From the sequence record MZ311864.1: DNA of 64,000 nucleotides; one strand, given 5' to 3'. The position numbers were made by a program, and so were the translations under genes. Positions within the stretch are counted from its first letter, which is position 1, and each line of letters starts with the position of its first letter. The notes below the pieces were generated by a model, which saw nothing but the letters and a program-made list of their open reading frames with translations, did no database searches and was not told where the DNA came from. Shown here one piece after another: positions 9,486 through 18,958 of the stretch. Source of the stretch: Escherichia phage vB_EcoM_LNA4.

Positions 9486-11189
9486 ATGTTTCCTATTCCA
9501 AGCCTGTTCCTGCTAATGGCGGGTGGTGGTACAACACCCCTACCTCCTGGCGGGGTGAAAAAGATCGCTTTCTCCAGAGAACAAACAACTGGTGTAAAAA
9601 GGTCTATGGCTATTCTTCTAACAGACGGAAGACTATACACCCAAGGTGATAACGCGTGGGGTGAATGTGCAGACGGAACAACAAGCCCGTTCTACGACCA
9701 CTGGAAACTCGCTGCAAGTAATGTAGCAGATGTTTTCGGTGTTGGGAAGGCTTTTGTAGTAAAATATAATAATGGTGGCTGGCAGTATGCGGGGGACCAA
9801 GGACAATTTACAGGTGTCACCTCTAACATGATGGCGTGGACAAGTTTCCCATCCTCAATCACAGGGACTGTGAACCTTGCAAACCTCTCCAGTGTTATTG
9901 GTGGGGGTGGTAACACGTTGTGGTTGATGAACAATGGAACGCTGTATGGTAGCGGGTCCAATGCGAATGGGTGCCTTGGGTCAGGAAACAGTAACTCAAT
10001 CTCTATCCCAAGAACCATCAGCACCTCTTGTGTCAGGGCATACGGTCTACAGGCCTGTACTACATACCTCAACAACGTCGGTGTTCCTCGTGTCTGCGGT
10101 TCTCCATACGGGATCAATGGCTCGTTTGTTGCTATTATGAGTTATGCAAACGTAACGTTCCCAGGTGCCACAGGAACAATCTACGCAAAAGAGTGGATGT
10201 GTAACGAATCAAACACCATCGCCATTGCCTCCACCGGGGCATCAGACACAGATCACTATCTGTATACTCGTGGTATCACAACCAGTAATGGTGCATACGA
10301 GAAAGTTGCCGGGTTTGGGCCTTTCACAACCTTCCGTGTGATCGAGGGCGGTCAGTCAAGATTCTTTATCGCTGATGATGTTTTATATGCTCTTGGTGAT
10401 TCACAGCGTACCCTTGGGCTTGGAGACACCACAACAGCGGTAACTGTGCCGACTGTTATCCCTGTGCCTACCGGGGCAGATTGGGACCTTAGCAAGCTGA
10501 CTTACGTGGCTGACATGAAAGGCGATAACCTGTCACAAGGTGGGACTATCGGGCACTGGATAGTTTATGATGGGAACCTATTCTACACTGGGAGCGCAAA
10601 AGGATTCTTCGGGACCACAACCTCTGTCGGTAAGTTCACCAACGTTCCAGAGAACTCTTTCGAGGGTATCCGTGCCGACTCTATCACAACAGGATCAATT
10701 GGCGTGGCGATTGTTGGTACTACGAAACAGCTTACGTGGTCTATTGATCCACCGGGGGCTGAAATCTATGACCTACAGTTTAGCTCAAGTCATCCAGAGT
10801 TTGCAACAATTGATGCGAATGGGCTTATGACCTTCGTTGCTGAGGGGGGTTTTGACATCACCATGACGGCGAAGACAGGGACAAGCGCAACAACCTTGAC
10901 AGATACTTCAGGGGGTTATGCTTCAACACTTGGAATGGCTACTGATAGCCTTTCTGCGATGACTGTCGGTGAGACAAAACAGCTTGTTTATACGGTAACA
11001 CCAGCGGGTGTTGAGAACCTTGACGGGTACTCTATCTCCTTCTCCAGTGAAGACCCAACGGTTGCGACAGTAAGCTCTACCGGGCTGATCACAGCAGTTG
11101 CTGATGGTGGGACTCGTATCCATGCGACGGCAGCGGTCCAGACCGTAACAGCAGACGATAGCTCTTATCTGTCAGTGAACGCACCATAA
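9486..11189 (+). CDS. tail fibre/adhesin with RCC1-like repeats and Ig-like (Big_2-like) domains
   Basis: 567 aa; repeated GxxGxLG propeller-like motifs then two Ig-like segments. Confidence 0.5.
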   Translation: MFPIPSLFLLMAGGGTTPLPPGGVKKIAFSREQTTGVKRSMAILLTDGRLYTQGDNAWGECADGTTSPFYDHWKLAASNVADVFGVGKAFVVKYNNGGWQYAGDQGQFTGVTSNMMAWTSFPSSITGTVNLANLSSVIGGGGNTLWLMNNGTLYGSGSNANGCLGSGNSNSISIPRTISTSCVRAYGLQACTTYLNNVGVPRVCGSPYGINGSFVAIMSYANVTFPGATGTIYAKEWMCNESNTIAIASTGASDTDHYLYTRGITTSNGAYEKVAGFGPFTTFRVIEGGQSRFFIADDVLYALGDSQRTLGLGDTTTAVTVPTVIPVPTGADWDLSKLTYVADMKGDNLSQGGTIGHWIVYDGNLFYTGSAKGFFGTTTSVGKFTNVPENSFEGIRADSITTGSIGVAIVGTTKQLTWSIDPPGAEIYDLQFSSSHPEFATIDANGLMTFVAEGGFDITMTAKTGTSATTLTDTSGGYASTLGMATDSLSAMTVGETKQLVYTVTPAGVENLDGYSISFSSEDPTVATVSSTGLITAVADGGTRIHATAAVQTVTADDSSYLSVNAP

Positions 11190-11190
11190 C

Positions 11191-11224
11191 AAAAAGGCTC
11201 CCAATCGGGAGCCTTTCTTTTTAT
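11191..11224. terminator. bidirectional rho-independent terminator at strand switch
   Basis: AAAAAGGCTCCCaatcGGGAGCCTTTCTTTTT; convergent genes on both sides. Confidence 0.7.
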
Positions 11225-11652
11225 ACAGCGTTCTTTGCTTCGCCGTGTTGCCTGTGCCACTCTTCATGATGAATAGGGCATAGCCACATAACCTCTAAAG
11301 GTTTATCATAATCACAATGATGAGCCTGTACATCTTCACTTCCGCAAACCCCACAGGGCTGTTTTAATAGCTTGCCGTCACGGATTGCGTTACCTGTTTT
11401 TATATGCACAGATCTCTTCTTCGGATTCTTCTCAATATACTTCCGTTTTGCACGAGTCGCAGCCTCTTTCCCGATACCTTTAACGTATCGCTCTTTCATT
11501 GCTTTACGCTCAGGATTTTGGTCCCTTACCCGATCACGCTCTCTGAGACAAACCCTACACGAAGCGGTTAAGCCATCTCTCGATGCTGCCCTTTTTCCAA
11601 ACTCTTGCGGGGATTTAAGCTCCCCGCAATTGCTACAATGCTTATAAGTCAT
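11221..11652 (-). CDS. HNH endonuclease
   Basis: Paired CxxC motifs and His-rich HNH-like core (CPIHHEEWH). Confidence 0.55.
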   Translation of the reverse strand: MTYKHCSNCGELKSPQEFGKRAASRDGLTASCRVCLRERDRVRDQNPERKAMKERYVKGIGKEAATRAKRKYIEKNPKKRSVHIKTGNAIRDGKLLKQPCGVCGSEDVQAHHCDYDKPLEVMWLCPIHHEEWHRQHGEAKNAV

Positions 11653-11657
11653 TGATT

Positions 11658-12794
11658 CTAAAAGGGAATATCGTCATCGAAGTCCATTGGGGGAGTGTCG
11701 TCGAAGTCAACAGGCGGTGCCTGAACTGTACCGCTCAGAGGCTCCTGTACGGGCTGTGACGGCTTCTGACCTTCTTCCTGTGCAGTTGCACTAGCATAGG
11801 CATAGAACGTCGCTGCAAGGGCATACGCTTCGCGTGTTGCCTTCTCAAGTTCATCTGCGTCGATAGTCTTGCCTTTAACAGCAATTGTCGTTACAGCAAA
11901 CTTAACCGCATTGCCAACTGTCTGGCCTACATCCTTACCTTCAACCTCTGACAGTTCTTTAATCAGCTTGGTTGTGACATCATGTACCACCTTACCAGCA
12001 GCCTCTACATCACCTTTAAAGCCGGAAAGCTTCAGGTTAACGAGGGCATTCATGGCATGACCAGCAGACACACCGACAGGATCATAAGGTGTACGCTTAC
12101 CTTTTCCCCCTGCTCCACCACCCTGACCAGCAGGGCCATAGGCCTTGAAGCTGTTGATGATGTTACCAGTTCCCAGATCAACGAATGCCGCCAGACGACC
12201 ACCTACAGATACCTCTGCCAGTTGCTCATCAGAGAGAACTACACGACCCTCACCTTGTTTCTCATCGTTCACAACTGCAACGTTGCCTTCGATAGACAGG
12301 ATTTCGCCGTAGATCTTAGCACCCTTTCCACCACCAACCTGTGCAGGAGCACTTGACTGCGGAGGTGCGGCATCTGCCGGGGCATCAACCAGGATCTTGA
12401 TGTCCTTCTTCTTACCCTGATAAGAGGTATTGGTTTTGCCGTCTTTCTCATAGGTCTGTTTCTGGACCGGGTAGATGGAGATCTCCGCACCCGGTAACAG
12501 GTCTTTATAGCTACCGTCAGCCTGCTTCACCTGGAACTGGTTTTCGTATTTCAGGTTCTTAACTTCACCTTCACCGAAAGACACAAACTCATCAACGCCA
12601 CCTGCGGTAAGCAGGATAGAGTAACGGTGAGTTGAGGAAATAGTTTTCCCCGCATTAGGACCCTTGTTGATGTGGGTAACCTTGGCAGAACCATCAGCGT
12701 TGATACGCTTGATGAATACACGCTTGATCACGCCTTTAGCTTTCAGTGCAACGGAATCATCAGCCGGGTTCACTACTTCAGTAATTACGCTCAT
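11658..12794 (-). CDS. single-stranded DNA-binding protein (SSB-like)
   Basis: Gly-rich linker and C-terminal tip MDFDDDIPF identical in style to the E. coli SSB tail; start set at ATG after AAGGAG. Confidence 0.55.
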   Translation of the reverse strand: MSVITEVVNPADDSVALKAKGVIKRVFIKRINADGSAKVTHINKGPNAGKTISSTHRYSILLTAGGVDEFVSFGEGEVKNLKYENQFQVKQADGSYKDLLPGAEISIYPVQKQTYEKDGKTNTSYQGKKKDIKILVDAPADAAPPQSSAPAQVGGGKGAKIYGEILSIEGNVAVVNDEKQGEGRVVLSDEQLAEVSVGGRLAAFVDLGTGNIINSFKAYGPAGQGGGAGGKGKRTPYDPVGVSAGHAMNALVNLKLSGFKGDVEAAGKVVHDVTTKLIKELSEVEGKDVGQTVGNAVKFAVTTIAVKGKTIDADELEKATREAYALAATFYAYASATAQEEGQKPSQPVQEPLSGTVQAPPVDFDDTPPMDFDDDIPF

Positions 12795-12807
12795 TCTCTC
12801 TCCTTTA

Positions 12808-13155
12808 TTACTTAGTTTCTTCAGTCTGGGTTTCAGCATTCACACCCAGAAGTCTATCAACAATCAGGTCTTCAACCTGGCTCAACAGGTTCATCGCGAA
12901 GGACGATGCACCGTTCAGTTGCAGCAGGTTGTTACGATGACCACGAACCCATGCTAAAGCCTCTTCAACAGTGCCGTACTGACCACTGTTGATAACTTTT
13001 AGCATTTCATCACGCATACGATCAGACCCGATGAATTGGCTCATCTGAGCGCCAGCGCTTGAAAGGAATACAACAGTTCCAAACTGAGCCTCATCGAGGT
13101 CAAGGAAGTGTAGTTGTTCAGGTTGTTTGTCGATAGGGGTTACTTCTTCAGTCAT
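12808..13155 (-). CDS. hypothetical protein
   Basis: ORF with GGAGG RBS; start at ATG rather than adjacent TTG. Confidence 0.45.
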   Translation of the reverse strand: MTEEVTPIDKQPEQLHFLDLDEAQFGTVVFLSSAGAQMSQFIGSDRMRDEMLKVINSGQYGTVEEALAWVRGHRNNLLQLNGASSFAMNLLSQVEDLIVDRLLGVNAETQTEETK

Positions 13156-13217
13156 CAATCCTCCATTTATGAGTGAACGGGTATCTTACCCGTTTACACT
13201 CGGTATGTCAATAGCTT

Positions 13218-13424
13218 TTAGCGATTTTTCTTCAGCTTTTCAATGATGCTCGAAACACCAGCCACCCCAAAAACACCAAGGATGAAGAGCACGATCACAC
13301 CAACAATAAAGGCAATACCGAAATAGAGCGGTAGAAGAACAAGCCACCAAGACCAGGTGATCACACCACACAGTTTTAGTGTGATGAATACCAGCGCTAA
13401 TAGCGCCATAAAACCAATTTTCAT
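13218..13424 (-). CDS. small membrane protein
   Basis: 68 aa, two hydrophobic helices. Confidence 0.5.
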   Translation of the reverse strand: MKIGFMALLALVFITLKLCGVITWSWWLVLLPLYFGIAFIVGVIVLFILGVFGVAGVSSIIEKLKKNR

Positions 13425-13439
13425 TTTATCTCCCGTAGG

Positions 13440-13706
13440 TTATGAGTGCATCCACGATGGTATGGCTGAAGAGCCACCCATGAATACAGTGCCTGAAGCA
13501 GCAAATGTGTCCAGTGTGCTATCGAGGCCGTTATCAAAATCAACAGCCTGTGGCTTATGCGTCGTCGCTGGAAGCCCACAACATGAGCATTCAAGTGTTG
13601 ATACATAGCCCTCAACCACAGCGTCTGTCTTATGTCCGTGAGGACACCAGAACGATGTCATCTGTTTCAATCGCAACTCCCACTGAAAGAAGAGCTTGAA
13701 TCGCAA
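13440..13706 (-). CDS. hypothetical Cys-containing protein
   Basis: 88-aa ORF overlapping the next ORF in another frame. Confidence 0.3.
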   Translation of the reverse strand: MRFKLFFQWELRLKQMTSFWCPHGHKTDAVVEGYVSTLECSCCGLPATTHKPQAVDFDNGLDSTLDTFAASGTVFMGGSSAIPSWMHS

Positions 13707-14173
13707 GACGAATACGAGTCGTGACTACTTGATGAATGACTCGGTGTATGATGGGAATACGTGTCGCTGATCGTTGTTGTGTTGATGAACACAGCATCAT
13801 CATTTCGACGACGATAACTATCATCATCAGAAACAACACGACTCCGTGGTGGTGCCGGAGGAGCAGGTGGTCGGCTCTTAGACGCAGTTACTGCCCTCTT
13901 CAACTCTTCTGCCTTCAATGGCTTTGCATTGGGTCCAGGAGATGTCTTCGCAGGTGATCGTTCCACAGCAATAGCTTTGGTAACGATCTTCTGTTCTGCA
14001 ACAGTATTCACGGCTTTTGTTGCAATCTCCGAGATCTCTTCCTTTGTCAGGGGAGGGATCTTTGTGACCGTTGTGGTTGTTTGCGAAACAAACGTTGTGT
14101 TGCCGTTACCGACAGTTACAACCGTGTTGTCGGAAGAAAACAGACTCGCCAACCATTTGAAAAATTTACGCAT
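13667..14173 (-). CDS. hypothetical protein with low-complexity C-terminus
   Basis: 168-aa ORF, N-terminal hydrophobic segment; 3' part overlaps 13440..13706. Confidence 0.35.
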   Translation of the reverse strand: MRKFFKWLASLFSSDNTVVTVGNGNTTFVSQTTTTVTKIPPLTKEEISEIATKAVNTVAEQKIVTKAIAVERSPAKTSPGPNAKPLKAEELKRAVTASKSRPPAPPAPPRSRVVSDDDSYRRRNDDAVFINTTTISDTYSHHTPSHSSSSHDSYSSCDSSSSFSGSCD

Positions 14174-14444
14174 AAAATTCCTCCAGTACCTTCCAGATTG
14201 TGTTCAGTTCCCCGCCAGACATCAGGCTCCAGATCACCATGTCCTGATAACCCTTTCGGCAAACATCCGTCTGACGGAATGCTTTGTGGAAGCTCGTTGG
14301 ATTATCCCAATCAACCGGGAGATCGTCAACGTTCTTTTTGAAATAAGAGAGAACGAGTTTCTCTTCCATGTTTGGATTTTCACCCAAACTCGCTTCGTAC
14401 ATCTCTACAAACTTCTGCCCGGTACGTTCTGACTTCATAACCAT
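14166..14444 (-). CDS. hypothetical protein
   Basis: 92-aa ORF in operon context. Confidence 0.45.
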   Translation of the reverse strand: MVMKSERTGQKFVEMYEASLGENPNMEEKLVLSYFKKNVDDLPVDWDNPTSFHKAFRQTDVCRKGYQDMVIWSLMSGGELNTIWKVLEEFYA

Positions 14445-14806
14445 TCGCCAGTCTCCATTTGTTTTGGTGTCAGGGTTTTAACCTGGTTGTCGTCAACTGG
14501 TGCGAACCCAACCACAGGTTTGAAGCAACGCTCTTTCTGTGCATCGAACACATAGAACGCCTCTACCGCCGCTGGCTTGGTACACGTTGTCCAGTGACGC
14601 TTATACATCCCGTACCCGTCAAGGTATGTTGAAAGGTAGTTAAATAGCGTACCGCCACCACCAACCATAAGTGCAATAGCGATCACATAGGTCTTCCATG
14701 AAGATCTGAAAGAAATAACCAGCGCCCAGATCAACATCATTACATACATCATAACCGCTGGAACCCAGTTATTGTGCATGGTAAGCCATTCCCAAAATCC
14801 AATCAT
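14435..14806 (-). CDS. membrane protein
   Basis: 123 aa with hydrophobic segments. Confidence 0.5.
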   Translation of the reverse strand: MIGFWEWLTMHNNWVPAVMMYVMMLIWALVISFRSSWKTYVIAIALMVGGGGTLFNYLSTYLDGYGMYKRHWTTCTKPAAVEAFYVFDAQKERCFKPVVGFAPVDDNQVKTLTPKQMETGEWL

Positions 14807-14809
14807 TCC

Positions 14810-15379
14810 TTACCCTCCAAAAGATGAGCGACTGCTCACAGAGCTACCAAAACCACCACGAGAAGATGTGGTGCTACGAGAAACCGTTGTACGAGGAGAC
14901 TGCACTGTCGGCTTTGCAGCAGAGCTTGTCACCTTGAACGTTTGACCAGGACGTGCATTGTAGCTACGGAACTTATTGTCCATATACTGCCCTGAACGAT
15001 CCTGATACAGCGGTGCTGAATGATAACCGGAGTTCATGCTGTTACCCATCATGTACCCCATCATCAACGGCATCCATGAAGAACCGCTGTCTGAACTGCT
15101 TGGGTTGTGTCGGCACTGATCACCGAACTCAGCGTAGCAGTCAGAGTAAGTAGCATAGCGTGGCGCTGTTTCATTTGCAACCTTTTCTGCTTCCTGTCTT
15201 GCTGCACGACACTGATCTGGTTTGTGCGTATCTGCAATACACTCATCAACATTTTTGTACATCTTCATGTCGATGTCTGCTTGCTCACAACCTGCAACTG
15301 TGATTGCTACCGCAAAAGGCAGGGCATAGCGCCCCACCTTCCGGAAAGCATTCTTATTGATATGCTTTGTTCTTTTCAC
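14810..15379 (-). CDS. YgiB-like (DUF1190-like) lipoprotein
   Basis: Signal peptide with lipobox VAGC; conserved-looking PRYATYSDCYAEFGDQC and WMPLMMGYMMG motifs; Ser/Thr-rich tail. Confidence 0.6.
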   Translation of the reverse strand: MKRTKHINKNAFRKVGRYALPFAVAITVAGCEQADIDMKMYKNVDECIADTHKPDQCRAARQEAEKVANETAPRYATYSDCYAEFGDQCRHNPSSSDSGSSWMPLMMGYMMGNSMNSGYHSAPLYQDRSGQYMDNKFRSYNARPGQTFKVTSSAAKPTVQSPRTTVSRSTTSSRGGFGSSVSSRSSFGG

Positions 15380-15393
15380 TTATCCACCTTTAC

Positions 15394-15573
15394 CTAAACT
15401 AACGAGGGCATCACTGCAACCAGTGCGCCTGCGACCATCCCGATAAACATTCCGCCACCAACTAACCAACCAAAATCCCCTGTTCCAAACTTGAGGCCAC
15501 CGCAAAATGCTGTAAGCACAGAACAGACAGTGATTAAAAGAAATACACTTATGAATACCAGTACCTGTTTCAT
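15394..15573 (-). CDS. small membrane protein (59 aa, below ORF-track cutoff)
   Basis: GAGGA RBS then ATG; hydrophobic MKQVLVFISVFLLITVCSVL... Confidence 0.4.
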   Translation of the reverse strand: MKQVLVFISVFLLITVCSVLTAFCGGLKFGTGDFGWLVGGGMFIGMVAGALVAVMPSLV

Positions 15574-16277
15574 TTTGATTCCTCTTTACGCCACTTGTAA
15601 GCACCATACACAGAGTTTAGCAGGAAAGTGACCCACATTGCAAGGTTTGCTGCTCCAGCACCTTCGTGGTGTAACGTCAGGTTAACCCACATACCTACCG
15701 CAACGATATTCACAATGATCCACACATACCACTGTTCAGCATAACGAGTCATCATTAAGTATGTTGCCAGTACAGACAGGATAGCTGTCGCTGCATCTGG
15801 ACCTGGAAGTGAGCCTTTCAGCAGGGAGATCCCTTCGGCATACAAACCAATCACAATCAGTGTACTAATACCCACCAACCAACGTTGTTTTGTGGTCAGA
15901 TAGTTCTTGATGACATCTGCACGTTCACCGTCAGCAGAAACGTTCAGCTTACGCGCCCAGATAATACCACCAATGACCTGCATAGGGGTGAATAGGACGG
16001 TGTACATGATCGTTTCGCCATACAGTTTATATGTGAATGACACATACGCATACAGCACTGTCGCGATGAAGCCCCAATAGTAGCTGGAAAGTTTACCTTT
16101 CGCAACCAAAATTGCACCGACGATACCTGTCACGGAAGAGATAAACTCCACCATAGTACCACCAGTGACGATAGAAACTGTCGCGATGGATGCGGAACAG
16201 ATCAGAAGCCAGAGGTATTCGAGTTTTGTCCAACCATAGAAGTCTGTCCAGGTTGTTTTTACGTATAGATTCATCAT
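15570..16277 (-). CDS. pnuC: nicotinamide riboside/NMN transporter PnuC
   Basis: 235 aa multi-pass membrane protein with PnuC-like Trp/Gly-rich helices; AGGAG RBS. Confidence 0.75.
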   Translation of the reverse strand: MMNLYVKTTWTDFYGWTKLEYLWLLICSASIATVSIVTGGTMVEFISSVTGIVGAILVAKGKLSSYYWGFIATVLYAYVSFTYKLYGETIMYTVLFTPMQVIGGIIWARKLNVSADGERADVIKNYLTTKQRWLVGISTLIVIGLYAEGISLLKGSLPGPDAATAILSVLATYLMMTRYAEQWYVWIIVNIVAVGMWVNLTLHHEGAGAANLAMWVTFLLNSVYGAYKWRKEESK

Positions 16278-16301
16278 GTAATCTTTTCTCCTGTGCCTAA
16301 T

Positions 16302-16529
16302 TTATAAGGTTACTTGCTCTAACGTTAAAGAGGTTAACCCATATTTTTCTGGTTGTCCAGCAAATTCTTCTTCTGTGTAAGAAAAAGACCAGGAACTCCC
16401 ACGAGCGTCAAACATATCGAACCGTGCAGTGTTCATGTCCGGTGCTTCGATGCAGACGTAGAAGTTGCCGAGAGACATTCCATCCTTCGTCTGTTGGTTC
16501 ATCCCGAAGGTGAAGTAGTATTTGTTCAT
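16302..16529 (-). CDS. hypothetical protein
   Basis: 75-aa ORF between pnuC and nadR-like genes. Confidence 0.45.
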   Translation of the reverse strand: MNKYYFTFGMNQQTKDGMSLGNFYVCIEAPDMNTARFDMFDARGSSWSFSYTEEEFAGQPEKYGLTSLTLEQVTL

Positions 16530-16810
16530 AGAATGCTCTCCAGCCTTTTCAGAAGCACTTCGATCTTTGGATTCGCTGCACCGTTACCGTACAACTTATA
16601 CTTAAGATCCAGTACAGCGTCAAGCAATTCTGGTGCTGCTGCGATCAGTTTTGCATTTGCACGGGCCTCTTCGTAATCCGTCCCGTAACACTTAGCAACC
16701 TTCACATCATGCAGAATACCAGTCCCGACTTCTGTGCCGTCATTAGTCCAAGGACCAGGGGAATATTTAACCATTTTGGCTCCTTTGTTTAGCCCATTCA
16801 ATTGCCGCAA
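16526..16810 (-). CDS. hypothetical protein
   Basis: 94-aa ORF; start may be internal. Confidence 0.4.
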   Translation of the reverse strand: MRQLNGLNKGAKMVKYSPGPWTNDGTEVGTGILHDVKVAKCYGTDYEEARANAKLIAAAPELLDAVLDLKYKLYGNGAANPKIEVLLKRLESIL

Positions 16811-17105
16811 GTATCACATCGCAATGACATGCTACTTCTTTGTTCGGCTGTTTACAAAAGCATACAAGGTCTTTACCGTCCAAGTCAAGCAGATCTTGAA
16901 TAGTTATTTTGCCTGCGCGGATCTGTTGCCATAACCAGACACGATATCTTTCAATTGTGGCCCCACGAGGCTCATCCTTCGACAACTTATATGGGTTAGC
17001 GAATTTAGACTGCTTCAGACCAAGGTGGGGCATTGCTCGCCCCATGTACTCAGCATTCTCAGGTATCACTTTACCGATGTGGTAGAAGTTGAGCACCTTA
17101 GCCAT
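16767..17105 (-). CDS. DUF4326-like protein (CxC...CHC motif)
   Basis: 112 aa with CFCKQ...CHCDV motif. Confidence 0.45.
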   Translation of the reverse strand: MAKVLNFYHIGKVIPENAEYMGRAMPHLGLKQSKFANPYKLSKDEPRGATIERYRVWLWQQIRAGKITIQDLLDLDGKDLVCFCKQPNKEVACHCDVILAAIEWAKQRSQNG

Positions 17106-17530
17106 TAGAAATCCATCCTACTATGAAGCTCCGCTGACATCTCCTTCACCCACTGGGTGATTGGAATATCCTCGTAAACATCGTCGAGCAAAGAGTCCGT
17201 CAGCAACCAAATGATCGCATTGCGAAGATGCTCATCCGACATGCGGGTGATCCGGACAACATTACCTTCCTGTGTTTTCCAGACGAGAATCTGCTCTTTC
17301 TTTTCAGGCCTTGGAAGCATATCATACCCAGCAGGAGCAATCATAATACCATTACAACCGCACAGGCAACGTGTGATCATCTTTTCCCGTTCTAGGAACA
17401 TCAGGGCATTATCAACCACGTCAGTGCTTAGGTTCAACGCCTCTTCGATCACGTAGTGAAAGGTCCATGCCTCAGTTCTCTCCAAATCCTCACTCAGGAA
17501 CTGTAGGATTGCCAGATTAGTTTGATCCAT
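17105..17530 (-). CDS. hypothetical protein
   Basis: 141-aa ORF. Confidence 0.45.
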   Translation of the reverse strand: MDQTNLAILQFLSEDLERTEAWTFHYVIEEALNLSTDVVDNALMFLEREKMITRCLCGCNGIMIAPAGYDMLPRPEKKEQILVWKTQEGNVVRITRMSDEHLRNAIIWLLTDSLLDDVYEDIPITQWVKEMSAELHSRMDF

Positions 17531-17882
17531 CTTTATCCCCTTTCAGGTACGAGATAATCCAGTCTGCCGCCTCTTCGTACTTCTCATAACCAAAGTATTT
17601 ACGACGAGAAAAATATGTGTCGTCATCAGGAACATTGGTCTGATAGTTGAAGTTCCCTGGTTGTCCCCAGTACACATTGATCTGGTCACTGTTACGGCAT
17701 TCAGAGAAAGAAACTTGCTTCGAAAGATCATTCTCACAACTGTGATTCCATTTGGTGATGGAGAACCCTTGTTCACGACAGTTTGCGTATGCCTGAAGTC
17801 CTTCTGATAACTCTGGGGCCTTTTCCAGAATAACCTTCAAGATTCCAAAAGCCTGCTTCATGCTTGAATTACTTACGTTCAT
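17517..17882 (-). CDS. hypothetical protein
   Basis: 121-aa ORF. Confidence 0.45.
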   Translation of the reverse strand: MNVSNSSMKQAFGILKVILEKAPELSEGLQAYANCREQGFSITKWNHSCENDLSKQVSFSECRNSDQINVYWGQPGNFNYQTNVPDDDTYFSRRKYFGYEKYEEAADWIISYLKGDKDGSN

Positions 17883-17883
17883 C

Positions 17884-18957
17884 TTATTCTCCTTTGATAT
17901 TCAGCAAGTTACGGACAGCTTCTTCGGCCTTTTGAATACGATCTTCGTAATCACTGCCGGAGATAACCACCACCTTGCTTGTATCGTAAGATGCTCTGAT
18001 CATTGTGTCAAGCAAAGAATGTGTTTCTTTACGCTTTTCTGGAGTATCCTGCAAGCGAAGAGGATCAGCAACCCACGGAACCTCTGGGGTGAGGAACAAG
18101 AACAAGTCATAGAAATTGTAGCCCTCTTCACGGCTCAGTGTCCGGAACAGCAGATCTGAGTAATCGATCTTGTCTGCACAAACACCAGAGAAGTGTGTGA
18201 TCAGATTTGTGGTGTCGGAGAACATTACCCCACGGTCACCCCAACCTGCCACCTCCATCTCCTTCAGGCGGTGCTCCATTGCAATACGCAGGTAATCCTC
18301 ACGGGTCATTGCAAACTCGCTTGAATGATACTCACGCTCACAGATCAGCCTTCCGATCTCAGGAATCCAGGCAGCACCGAACGTGTGTGCCAAGTGTTCG
18401 GTCATGGTCGTTTTTCCTGTGCTCTCTACACCAATGATAGCCACCTTCTTAATGAAGCGCTTACGTGCAGGCCACGACAAGTGGTAGAAATTCTTGTACG
18501 GGTCATTACGGATCATTGTGGCTGAGACAGGAACAGCTTTACGTTCTGCGTCGATAACAACATGCTTCGCTTCAGGGAAGAACTCACTGAAGTAAGACTC
18601 GTACTCCGGCTCAGAAGAGAAAGCAAAGTCGTACTTAACGAAAGGTTGTTTTTCACGGATCAGTTTTGCATAAGCAGCACCGCCTTCAGGGTATCCGGGG
18701 ATATTCGACTCATCAACGTAGTCAACCTTCACGTTATCCAGACCCTCATCGGCAATAACATCCAGCAGGTCACGATAGCGGTCAGCAAGGCCCAACTTTG
18801 GACGAATCCACTCTGGTTGAGCGTCAACAAATTTCTGGTCATACGACAGGAACAGATACAGGCAACTTACCTGCGAGGCCGCCTGGCGAATGAACTCAAT
18901 ATGCCCGTTGGTCAGCGGTGCAAATTTTCCGAAGATAAGGCCGCGAGTCATAGTCAT
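17884..18957 (-). CDS. nadR: NadR-like bifunctional NMN adenylyltransferase / ribosylnicotinamide kinase (no HTH domain)
   Basis: GKFAPLTNGHIEFI nucleotidyltransferase motif and C-terminal Walker A IIGVESTGKTT; start at ATG after AAGGA RBS. Confidence 0.75.
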   Translation of the reverse strand: MTMTRGLIFGKFAPLTNGHIEFIRQAASQVSCLYLFLSYDQKFVDAQPEWIRPKLGLADRYRDLLDVIADEGLDNVKVDYVDESNIPGYPEGGAAYAKLIREKQPFVKYDFAFSSEPEYESYFSEFFPEAKHVVIDAERKAVPVSATMIRNDPYKNFYHLSWPARKRFIKKVAIIGVESTGKTTMTEHLAHTFGAAWIPEIGRLICEREYHSSEFAMTREDYLRIAMEHRLKEMEVAGWGDRGVMFSDTTNLITHFSGVCADKIDYSDLLFRTLSREEGYNFYDLFLFLTPEVPWVADPLRLQDTPEKRKETHSLLDTMIRASYDTSKVVVISGSDYEDRIQKAEEAVRNLLNIKGE

Positions 18958-18958
18958 A

